From: a virus
DNA length: 10,751 nt
UHGV virus genome: UHGV-1843114
Direction: 5' to 3' (one strand)
In this document: piece after piece, positions 1 to 5,728 of the stretch
Position numbering within the stretch: the first letter of the stretch is position 1
How the letters are laid out: the number at the start of each line of letters is the position of its first letter
Position numbers and translations under genes: made by a program
Notes under the pieces: generated by a model
Databases searched by the model: none
What the model saw: the letters and a program-made list of their open reading frames with translations, nothing else
Told to the model about the DNA's origin: nothing

Positions 1-458
1 ACCCGTCACCTAAAATCTACTCAGCGTCGGCAAAGGAGCCATGGGTTCTAGCAACTAACTTACCTGTTGAAATTCGAACACCCAAACAACTTGTTAATAT
101 CTATTCGAAGCGAATGCAGATTGAAGAAACCTTCCGAGACTTGAAAAGTCCTGCCTACGGACTAGGCCTACGCCATAGCCGAACGAGCAGCTCAGAGCGT
201 TTTGATATCATGCTGCTAATCGCCCTGATGCTTCAACTAACATGTTGGCTTGCGGGCGTTCATGCTCAGAAACAAGGTTGGGACAAGCACTTCCAGGCTA
301 ACACAGTCAGAAATCGAAACGTACTCTCAACAGTTCGCTTAGGCATGGAAGTTTTGCGGCATTCTGGCTACACAATAACAAGGGAAGACTCACTCGTGGC
401 TGCAACCCTGCTTACTCAAAATCTATTCACACATGGTTACGTTTTGGGGAAATTATGA
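1..458 (+). CDS. IS10-type DDE transposase, C-terminal ~152 codons (5' end lies outside the window)
   Basis: Reading frame is open from the window start (first full codon at position 3). Translation ...SASAKEPWVLATNLPVEIRTPKQLVNIYSKRMQIEETFRDLKSPAYGLGLRHS...NLFTHGYVLGKL matches the IS10 transposase tail from memory. Stop TGA at 456-458. Confidence 0.9.
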   Translation, partial: PSPKIYSASAKEPWVLATNLPVEIRTPKQLVNIYSKRMQIEETFRDLKSPAYGLGLRHSRTSSSERFDIMLLIALMLQLTCWLAGVHAQKQGWDKHFQANTVRNRNVLSTVRLGMEVLRHSGYTITREDSLVAATLLTQNLFTHGYVLGKL

Positions 459-471
459 GGGGATCTCTCAG
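1..471 (+). mobile_element. IS10-family (IS4 family) insertion sequence, 3' portion; the element continues beyond the window start
   Basis: Transposase C-terminus encoded in 1-458, and the characteristic IS10 terminus GGGGATCTCTCAG ends at 471 (reverse complement CTGAGAGATCCCC). Recognised from memory. The sequence differs at a few positions from the IS10 I remember, so it may be a variant. Confidence 0.9.
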
Positions 472-638
472 CACTTCGCCTCTATCAGGCATGATGCTGA
501 ATTTCTGAATCCCATAGCATCTGGCTGTTCTCCGGTACTGGTTACAGCAACAAAGCGGTCATGAAAGCAAACCTTGAACCCGTTGCGCTTAAGGAACTTG
601 TACGCAATCTGACAGAGTTCGTGGTGTGTTAACGCCAT
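472..638 (-). pseudogene. 5' fragment (55 native codons) of a PD-(D/E)XK-fold gene, possibly MmcB-like, truncated by the IS10 insertion
   Basis: Minus-strand ATG at 636-638 preceded by AAGGAG. It translates to MALTHHELCQIAYKFLKRNGFKVCFHDRFVAVTSTGEQPDAMGFRNSASCLIEAK and then runs straight into the IS10 terminus, which supplies the stop (the frame ends ...AAG TG|C TGA across the 472/471 junction). The PD...EAK spacing fits a PD-(D/E)XK nuclease motif. Too short to appear in the ORF track. Confidence 0.55.
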
Positions 639-639
639 A

Positions 640-1212
640 TCACTCTCCTTTGATGCGAATGTCAGCGACGCGTAATGCGTGTTCTAGGTCAATCAGGTAA
701 AGCCAACTGCCATTTTCTTTAGGTATCATGACATGTCGCTCATCTGCATTTATCGGGTGTCCATATCGAAGGTCGTAGCGAGTCGGTAATTGAACTTCCC
801 GCGCTTCCAGTTCAGCAATACGCTTCTCTGCGGCCTCTGCCCTGCATTGTTCCCGTTGGAACATTTTGTGGGTGCGGTCGAGCGCCTCAAGTCTAGCTGC
901 TGATGTTTTCTCTTCTGCTTCAAGCTCAACGCGCAGCTTCCCAACCGTAAGCGCAATATCCTCGTTCTCCTGGTCGCGGGATTTGATGTATTGCTGGTTT
1001 CTTTCCCGTTCATCCAGTAGTGCCAAAGCAATCTTTGGATTAAAGGCAGCAATAAATTCAGCGTTGTTTTTCAGAACGTGTTGCGCAATGGCCTGACTAC
1101 TTAGTCGGACCTCATAACCACGTGCGCCACGGTGTGGTTTATATGAGTCCCAGTCTCCCCACGTTGCCTTCTCCGCCGCCTCACGCAGTGCCTGATAATT
1201 AATTTCGCTCAC
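640..1212 (-). CDS. Coiled-coil phage protein, Ead/Ea22-like
   Basis: 190-aa ORF. The N-terminus MSEINYQALREAAEKATWGDWD resembles proteins annotated Ead/Ea22-like in enterobacterial prophages (memory). Central region is charged and heptad-like (coiled coil). Its start overlaps the upstream gene's stop (ATGA at 1209-1212). Confidence 0.7.
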   Translation of the reverse strand: MSEINYQALREAAEKATWGDWDSYKPHRGARGYEVRLSSQAIAQHVLKNNAEFIAAFNPKIALALLDERERNQQYIKSRDQENEDIALTVGKLRVELEAEEKTSAARLEALDRTHKMFQREQCRAEAAEKRIAELEAREVQLPTRYDLRYGHPINADERHVMIPKENGSWLYLIDLEHALRVADIRIKGE

Positions 1213-1433
1213 TCTTCATCCTCCAAGTCGGCAACGGCGTCCATCACATCAGAACCGCGAATAACCTCAAAAGCACGGCAGGCCATTTGAAATACCAGTT
1301 GCTCTTGCGGGTGAGGAGACGCCCAATATTTGAAGCCTGGGCGATGCGTGTACCCCATCATTGAATAAAAATCACCAGCAAGCTTAATCGCGGCATCGAC
1401 AAGCTCTCTGTTAGTCATTCTTTTTCCGCTCAC
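1209..1433 (-). CDS. Hypothetical small phage protein (74 aa, acidic C-terminus DLEDEE)
   Basis: ORF with 4-nt start/stop overlaps to both neighbours (1430-1433 and 1209-1212), suggesting translational coupling. No family recognised. Confidence 0.6.
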   Translation of the reverse strand: MSGKRMTNRELVDAAIKLAGDFYSMMGYTHRPGFKYWASPHPQEQLVFQMACRAFEVIRGSDVMDAVADLEDEE

Positions 1434-1960
1434 TGGTTGCCTCCTTTGCGAAGCTCAGCGGCGAAGGCTACTGCGTGATCATGATGTTCAAGCGTGTATG
1501 CACACTCCGCAAACATCTCTACCCCCTGCGCCCGCACTTCAGACAGGCATTTGCGAAACTCGGAAACGTACTGTTCGACGCTCATTCCCCAGCTAAGTGG
1601 ACATTCATTGAATGTTTCGCCTTCGTGCTCTTCATCAGGTAGCTCTTTGGTAAAGAACTCACGTTCAATGGCGTGGAGTGTGTCAGCAAAACGACGTAAG
1701 TTACTCAAACCTGTCGTAATGGAGAATTCAGGAGCATCACATCCGACGCCCATCTGCTGATAAACGGCGGTTTTGAAGGCCTTAAGCCCCGCATTCTCCG
1801 CTGCCAGCGCATTAGCACGCACCAGTTGCACTTCCAGTTGCGTTGCCAAATCGCTGATCAGCTTTGCCACACTGCGCATATCAACGGCACCACATTCTGC
1901 TTTCAGTTCCGAAGCCATCTCATGCCCGGCGGCAACTAACCCTTTGATATTACTTTCCAT
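1430..1960 (-). CDS. Hypothetical phage protein (176 aa)
   Basis: ORF with SD GAGGG about 6 nt upstream of the ATG at 1958-1960. Same strand and coupled to the two downstream genes. Function unknown. Confidence 0.7.
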   Translation of the reverse strand: MESNIKGLVAAGHEMASELKAECGAVDMRSVAKLISDLATQLEVQLVRANALAAENAGLKAFKTAVYQQMGVGCDAPEFSITTGLSNLRRFADTLHAIEREFFTKELPDEEHEGETFNECPLSWGMSVEQYVSEFRKCLSEVRAQGVEMFAECAYTLEHHDHAVAFAAELRKGGNQ

Positions 1961-2021
1961 CTTTACCCTCGCTTATCCACATAACTTATTGATTACATTG
2001 ATAACTAAAAAGATCGTCGAT

Positions 2022-2369
2022 TCAGAACTCTTCGATGTTCCAGCCACCACCTGCTTTCTTTGGCTTAACCGTTACCCCGATGATTCGGAACGGATACTGA
2101 TCTGCGGCGACTTTGGTTTTCACTCTGGCGTCATCGGTCCAGAATCCCCCTTTCACTTCGTGCAGTTCCATCTCGCCGGTGGCGAGCATCACAGCAAAAT
2201 CTGGCGTATAGAACGTGTTGTCAGCTAACCGCAGCTTGATACCCTCAAATCGATACCAGACGATTTCTCCTGCACGTTTACGCAGCTCAAGGTGCTGGCA
2301 ATACGCAGATTCTGTTTTGTTCATCTGGCCTGTTTTGAGTCGACCAAGAGCCTGCATCTGTTTTCTCAT
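2022..2369 (-). CDS. Small PD-(D/E)XK nuclease-fold phage protein (DUF1064-like)
   Basis: 115-aa ORF with a motif ...YTPDFAVMLATGEMELHEVKGG... (D, then E-x-K) typical of PD-(D/E)XK nucleases. Overall resemblance to DUF1064 phage proteins from memory. SD AAGGGG upstream of the ATG at 2367-2369. Confidence 0.75.
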   Translation of the reverse strand: MRKQMQALGRLKTGQMNKTESAYCQHLELRKRAGEIVWYRFEGIKLRLADNTFYTPDFAVMLATGEMELHEVKGGFWTDDARVKTKVAADQYPFRIIGVTVKPKKAGGGWNIEEF

Positions 2370-2371
2370 GA

Positions 2372-2388
2372 TTTACCCCTTGGGTAAT
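2372..2388. promoter_or_regulatory. Operator-like 17-bp inverted repeat tTTACC-ccttg-GGTAAt, overlapping the SD of the DUF1064-like gene
   Basis: Perfectly symmetric half-sites TTACC/GGTAA with a 5-bp spacer. Same motif as the sites in the repressor/cro intergenic region. Confidence 0.45.
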
Positions 2389-2433
2389 TAAAAACCACAT
2401 AAGACACGAAATCAATAGATTTTAGAATATTTT

Positions 2434-2450
2434 ATTACCTCTAAGGTAAT
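2434..2450. promoter_or_regulatory. Operator-like 17-bp inverted repeat ATTACC-tctaa-GGTAAT
   Basis: Perfect 6-bp half-sites. Lies in the AT-rich gap between the P-like gene and the DUF1064-like gene. Confidence 0.45.
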
Positions 2451-2469
2451 TATCGAGACGTAAAAAAAT

Positions 2470-2481
2470 GCGCTATCGCGC
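2470..2481 (-). terminator. Weak candidate intrinsic terminator downstream of the P-like gene
   Basis: On the minus strand, GCGC-gata-GCGC hairpin followed by A plus TTTTTTT, 6 nt after the P-like stop. The stem is only 4 bp, so this is marginal. Confidence 0.3.
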
Positions 2482-2486
2482 TGGTA

Positions 2487-3287
2487 TTACTTGATAAATC
2501 CTGACGCCTTTCCCCGCCTGTATTCCTCCATCAGCCACTGCGCCGGTGTTATTCCCCCAAGGGTGGCGGCGTTAGGCATGCACCCGAAACTTCGCCCTGG
2601 TGGATGGTAAACATCTCTCCCTGTGTCCGGAGGCGTACTCATGGGTTCTGGCTTTGCCTGTATGCTGATCACCGGATCGGGTATCTGCTGTCCGGAAGCC
2701 ACCTTTTTCGCCCAATCATCGAGCAGCCTGCGCGCGTGTTTCTCAACCTCAATCTCGCTAAGCTGGCGCTGATACATTGCACGGCGGGTATCACATACGA
2801 CCCAGTACATAACCGGATGTCGCCACGGGAATCTTTCGGGACCACCAGGATATAAACTTTTTTCCTTGCTGTACCGGTGAAACTCCGCCATCACATCGTC
2901 AATGGTGACGCCAAGAACCATCTTGCTGTCTTTACACCACTTGATGAATTGCCCTGGCGACGGCCAGAACGGAGACTCACTGGCGCGGGCGTGGCGCATA
3001 CCAGCAGAAACCTGTTCACGGGTTCGGATCCCCCCTTCGGCAAACGCAGCAATCCACTGCTGTTTTGCAGCAACTTCCTGCTCTGGCGTCTTCAGGTTGG
3101 TTACCACTGCCGCCGGAAACAGTTGTTTCAGCTGTTTGAAAAGGGCATCAACAAGCCTCTCTGCTGACATGTTCACCACGTTGTCATTGTTGGTGTACTG
3201 ATGCTCATAACCTGACATGCGAGAAAGGGCTTCTCCGTCACGGTTTTGTATCGCGGTAAAAACGTTGTTCACAAGAAATCCTCCCAT
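2487..3287 (-). CDS. Replication protein P-like (DnaB helicase loader)
   Basis: 266-aa ORF. By-eye alignment to lambda P from memory: ...QLFPAAV... / ...ATFPASL..., ...EGGIRTREQVSAGMRHAR... / ...ENGITTMEQVNAGMRVAR..., ...PFWPSPGQFIKWCKD... / ...PFLPSPGQFVAWCRE.... Start is uncertain: the ATG at 3285-3287 overlaps the O-like gene's 3' end; alternative ATGs at 3216-3218 and 3168-3170. Confidence 0.8.
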   Translation of the reverse strand: MGGFLVNNVFTAIQNRDGEALSRMSGYEHQYTNNDNVVNMSAERLVDALFKQLKQLFPAAVVTNLKTPEQEVAAKQQWIAAFAEGGIRTREQVSAGMRHARASESPFWPSPGQFIKWCKDSKMVLGVTIDDVMAEFHRYSKEKSLYPGGPERFPWRHPVMYWVVCDTRRAMYQRQLSEIEVEKHARRLLDDWAKKVASGQQIPDPVISIQAKPEPMSTPPDTGRDVYHPPGRSFGCMPNAATLGGITPAQWLMEEYRRGKASGFIK

Positions 3288-4084
3288 GCTTCAGGGCTGT
3301 TCCAGTGCGGAACGTTGTTATCAGGTAATGTTGATTGCTTCTGTCTGCTAATCTGCAGCCGCCTTGCCAGCTTCTGCTCCCACTGTGCCTGATGGTATGC
3401 CTTACCCTCAGCCATCCAGTAAATTCTGAACTCTGCAAGTTCCTGTGCCGTTGGCAGACTGTCCAGGTAGATCCCCTGCAATGAGCTTTTCCGAAGAAAG
3501 TCATCTGATGGCTGCCATTGTTCATGCATGACAAATTTGCCTAATTGCCCTGGCCCACCAGGAGGAACAAAGTTATTCATCACGGCGTTGTTTGCGCCGG
3601 GGTCATGATGCACAGAATCCCCGTTTTTTGTCCTGCTCTCCCTCTCTTGGTTAAATGACTGGTTATATGACTGGTTCTGGATCCCGTTTTTGGGATCATT
3701 CAACATCCCGTTTTTGGGATCATTCAACATCCCGTTTTTGGGTATATTCCCGTTTTCGGTAACATTACCGTTTTCGGGTTCATTGCCCCCCTCTCGGTTG
3801 CCTTTAATGTTCCCGTTTTTGGTTATATTAAGAGAGAAAACCCGCACTCTTTTTGTCGCTCCCTTTCTCTCCCCGGTATCTGAAATAAGCCCCATTTTCA
3901 TGAGCGATATAAGTCCGGCCTGCACGGTTTTTTTATTCAGGCAAGTGTCTTTAACGAGGCGTTCTATGCTGGGGTAGCAGAGGTTATATTCATCGGCTCT
4001 GTCAGCCATCGAGAGCAGTATGAGCTTTAATGACGAGCTACCTGGATCTGTCTCCCAGGCCCAATCTGTTGCATGTCTGCTCAT
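3269..4084 (-). CDS. Replication initiator (O-like position): N-terminal HTH domain, iteron-encoded Asn/Gly-rich linker, DnaT-like C-terminal region
   Basis: 271-aa ORF, SD GGAG 9 nt upstream of the ATG at 4082-4084. N-terminus MSRHATDWAWETDPGSSSLKLILLSMADRADEYNLCYPSIERLVKDTCLNKKTVQAGLISLMKMGLI matches the HTH pattern of phage replication initiators (memory). Sits immediately upstream of the P-like gene and contains the iteron array. Confidence 0.8.
   Translation of the reverse strand: MSRHATDWAWETDPGSSSLKLILLSMADRADEYNLCYPSIERLVKDTCLNKKTVQAGLISLMKMGLISDTGERKGATKRVRVFSLNITKNGNIKGNREGGNEPENGNVTENGNIPKNGMLNDPKNGMLNDPKNGIQNQSYNQSFNQERESRTKNGDSVHHDPGANNAVMNNFVPPGGPGQLGKFVMHEQWQPSDDFLRKSSLQGIYLDSLPTAQELAEFRIYWMAEGKAYHQAQWEQKLARRLQISRQKQSTLPDNNVPHWNSPEAWEDFL
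3618..3830. repeat. Putative origin of replication: iteron array inside the initiator gene
   Basis: Seven copies of the core tCCCGTTTT(T)GG, starting near 3618, 3681, 3705, 3729, 3748, 3765 and 3810; three are exact 24-bp tandem units ATCCCGTTTTTGGGATCATTCAAC. Also a 10-bp tandem ATGACTGGTT at 3655-3664 and 3667-3676. Same layout as lambda ori inside gene O. Confidence 0.65.
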
Positions 4085-4099
4085 GATTAATCTCCGCTA

Positions 4100-4300
4100 T
4101 CAGCTTGAATGTTGTGGGGAGGAATTAATCATGATCTGCTTAATCTCTGCCCTGATACGACGGTTTGATTCCATGGTGCACTCAACACAGTGTCCGTTGT
4201 AAACCCAGCGTTCACTGTCATGTCCGTGCTTACATGTTTTTCCGGTGTAGTAGCGTTTAAGTCCGCGCTTTGCGGCATCAATACGTGTAATGATTTCCAT
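4100..4300 (-). CDS. Small putative zinc-binding protein (66 aa) at the cII position
   Basis: ATG at 4298-4300 with AGGG about 6 nt upstream. MEIITRIDAAKRGLKRYYTGKTCKHGHDSERWVYNGHCVECTMESNRRIRAEIKQIMINSSPQHSS contains C-x-H-x-H...H-C-x-x-C. The ORF track extends it to a TTG at 4363, which I consider less likely. Confidence 0.55.
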   Translation of the reverse strand: MEIITRIDAAKRGLKRYYTGKTCKHGHDSERWVYNGHCVECTMESNRRIRAEIKQIMINSSPQHSS

Positions 4301-4379
4301 GGTAAGCCCTGTTATTAGTATTGGGATTACGGTCATTTTGTGCTGACACAAAAAAAAGATCAACCAGATTTGGTTTTTT

Positions 4380-4396
4380 ATTACCTTTGAGGTACG
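4380..4396. promoter_or_regulatory. Operator-like site ATTACC-tttga-GGTACg between the terminator and the Zn-ribbon gene
   Basis: Left half-site perfect, right half-site 4 of 6. Same motif family as the repressor/cro intergenic sites. Confidence 0.4.
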
Positions 4397-4409
4397 AATA
4401 GATATGAAA

Positions 4410-4429
4410 AGACCGCCGGATGGCGGTCT
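4410..4429 (-). terminator. Intrinsic terminator downstream of the cro-like gene (tR1-like position)
   Basis: Perfect 8-bp stem AGACCGCC / GGCGGTCT with a 4-nt loop. On the minus strand it is followed by TTTTCATATC. No T-run follows it on the plus strand. Confidence 0.6.
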
Positions 4430-4450
4430 ACAGAGGGTTGTGGCTGGATA

Positions 4451-4681
4451 TCATGAGTAGAAGAAGTATGCCAGTTCTGCTTTTGAGCGCAGCCATTGTC
4501 TTGTTTTACAGGCTTTAAAAAGCCCATTCATCAATACCTTACCTGGCATTTTGCGCTTACCTGTTAAGTGAGTCTGGATATAGTGACTCGTCGTTCCGGC
4601 TTCCTGTGCGAAGGCTTCACGCTCATCCGGAGTAAGTGCAAGCCAGTGCTTTTTGAAATCGAAATGTCCGTTATCGCTCAT
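4451..4681 (-). CDS. Cro-like small HTH DNA-binding protein
   Basis: 76-aa ORF transcribed divergently from the repressor gene, with three operator copies in the shared intergenic region. Putative HTH around ...EAFAQEAGTTSHYIQTHLTGKRKMP.... Family assignment is tentative. Confidence 0.7.
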   Translation of the reverse strand: MSDNGHFDFKKHWLALTPDEREAFAQEAGTTSHYIQTHLTGKRKMPGKVLMNGLFKACKTRQWLRSKAELAYFFYS

Positions 4682-4716
4682 AGCTATTGCCTGATATTTA
4701 TTTCAGATAATAAATA

Positions 4717-4781
4717 TTCACCCATAAGGTAACAAAAATCAAGGATAGTTACCTATGAGGTGCATTTACCTGTTGGGTAAT
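4717..4781. promoter_or_regulatory. OR-like tripartite operator and divergent promoter region between the cro-like and repressor genes
   Basis: Three copies of the 17-bp motif: 4717-4733 tTCACC-cataa-GGTAAc, 4748-4764 gTTACC-tatga-GGTGCa, 4765-4781 tTTACC-tgttg-GGTAAT. A candidate minus-strand -35 TTGATT lies at 4736-4741 (read on the minus strand) with the first site in its spacer. Confidence 0.65.
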
Positions 4782-4835
4782 ATTGCTTTAAATTGAATCA
4801 TCTACTGATTCATATATGAGGCGATTTTCCAGAAA

Positions 4836-5420
4836 ATGAAAAGTATCCAGGACGTCCGCAGGCAAAATCTCAACGACTTGATCGACCGTGAATTCAATGG
4901 TGTTCAGACGCGGATGGCAGAAAAACTTGGAACTCAGGCAAATCTGGTAAACCGCTGGGCTCTTGGCAAGAAGGTTATCGGCGACCAGGTTGCACGAAAA
5001 ATTGAAGCTGCCGCCAATAAACCCCGTAACTGGCTTGATATTGATCGTTCGCTTTCTCAGGAGGGTTTTCAGCCTGTCGGCCCGAGCGATATAGGTCAGC
5101 TGGCGGCTCACAACCTGGAACGCTGGATGAGCGAAAGCCGCGACCTTTCAACACAGGGAAAACTTCACCGCGCATCCGGCGTCGCCCAGGTGACAATCAG
5201 CCGCCTGTTAAACAATGAGGTCAGCGTTTCCATTTCCACTCTGGAGAATGTTGCATCCGCATTCGGGCGTCACGGATATGAACTACTGATTCACCCGCAC
5301 GACCCTGCGACTATCAACTATGACCGCTCACGCTACGCATTGTTACCCGAAACCGAGAAAGCAAAGATCGAAAGTTACATTGAATTTGTCATCAACCAGA
5401 ACGAAAAAAGCAAACAATAA
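4836..5420 (+). CDS. Prophage immunity repressor (CI-like position), two HTH motifs, no LexA/S24-type autocleavage domain
   Basis: 194-aa ORF divergent from the cro-like gene. HTH-like segments QTRMAEKLGTQANLVNRWALGKK and ASGVAQVTISRLLNNEVSVS. No Ala-Gly/Cys-Gly cleavage site with a downstream Ser...Lys dyad was seen. Followed by a strong terminator. Confidence 0.75.
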   Translation: MKSIQDVRRQNLNDLIDREFNGVQTRMAEKLGTQANLVNRWALGKKVIGDQVARKIEAAANKPRNWLDIDRSLSQEGFQPVGPSDIGQLAAHNLERWMSESRDLSTQGKLHRASGVAQVTISRLLNNEVSVSISTLENVASAFGRHGYELLIHPHDPATINYDRSRYALLPETEKAKIESYIEFVINQNEKSKQ

Positions 5421-5440
5421 AACTATAGTTTTCAGTAAGT

Positions 5441-5466
5441 AAGCCGCCTCATGGCGGCTTTTTTAT
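5441..5466 (+). terminator. Rho-independent terminator of the repressor transcript
   Basis: Perfect 8-bp stem AAGCCGCC / GGCGGCTT, loop TCAT, followed by TTTTTTATT. Begins 21 nt after the repressor stop (TAA at 5418-5420). Confidence 0.75.
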
Positions 5467-5476
5467 TGCCAGATAG

Positions 5477-5555
5477 ATTACCTTGCGGGTAATTTTTTTA
5501 ACTCATATCTATTGACACCAAACCAAATAAGCATAATTATTACCTCAACGGTAAC
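5477..5555. promoter_or_regulatory. OL/pL-like region: two operator copies flanking a promoter
   Basis: Sites at 5477-5493 ATTACC-ttgcg-GGTAAT (perfect) and 5539-5555 ATTACC-tcaac-GGTAAc. Consensus -35 TTGACA at 5512-5517, with an AT-rich -10 candidate (AATTAT at 5535-5540, 17-bp spacer) partly overlapping the second site. Confidence 0.55.
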
Positions 5556-5573
5556 AGACCGAGGTAACAAGTT

Positions 5574-5726
5574 ATGCAGTGGAAAATCATCAACGGTTGG
5601 TACTGCGTTACTGCATGCGGATTCATGAGCTGGAAGTTCCGCACCTTACAGGAAGGCATTAAGTGGGCTTTCGTCAGCAAAGAAGCTCGCGATGTAGCCA
5701 ACGATAACGAGATATGGGAGGGCTGA
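5574..5726 (+). CDS. Small hypothetical protein (50 aa), first ORF of the early-left operon
   Basis: ATG at 5574 with SD GAGG about 9 nt upstream; translation MQWKIINGWYCVTACGFMSWKFRTLQEGIKWAFVSKEARDVANDNEIWEG; stop TGA at 5724-5726. Below the ORF-track length cutoff; found by manual translation. Confidence 0.4.
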   Translation: MQWKIINGWYCVTACGFMSWKFRTLQEGIKWAFVSKEARDVANDNEIWEG

Positions 5727-5728
5727 TA

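Noticed and set aside
750-2228. Antisense and nested ORFs in the track (750-1052, 866-1096, 1494-1760, 1773-2228)
   Set aside because: They lie entirely inside, or opposite to, longer ORFs that have SD sequences, coupled start/stop junctions and recognisable motifs. They have serine/cysteine-rich low-complexity composition typical of shadow frames.
2604-3534. Antisense ORFs inside the P-like and O-like genes (2604-2855, 2877-3167, 2891-3073, 2902-3201, 3238-3534)
   Set aside because: Shadow frames of well-supported replication genes; no SD or motif support.
3618-3830. Regularly spaced direct repeats that might be taken for a CRISPR array
   Set aside because: The conserved core is only about 13 bp, spacing is irregular (18, 24, 44 bp), the 'spacers' are themselves partly repeated, and the whole array lies inside a protein-coding gene at the position expected for a phage origin.
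3690-3977. Plus-strand ORF encoding a tandem-repeat peptide (MGSFNIPFLGSFNIPFLG...)
   Set aside because: It is the antisense reading of the iteron array inside the initiator gene. The repetition is explained by the DNA repeats, and the minus-strand frame encodes a coherent initiator protein with SD and neighbouring-gene context.
4100-4363. 87-aa version of the Zn-ribbon ORF starting at 4363
   Set aside because: That start is a TTG with no SD and would extend into the operator and T-run region. The ATG at 4298-4300 has an upstream AGGG and gives a 66-aa product, so I annotated the shorter form.
4362-4375. Short inverted repeat AACCA-gatt-TGGTT next to a T8 run (minus strand) as a second terminator
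   Set aside because: The stem is only 5 bp and AT-containing, and the T-run is separated from it by 4 nt. More likely just AT-rich promoter-proximal sequence.
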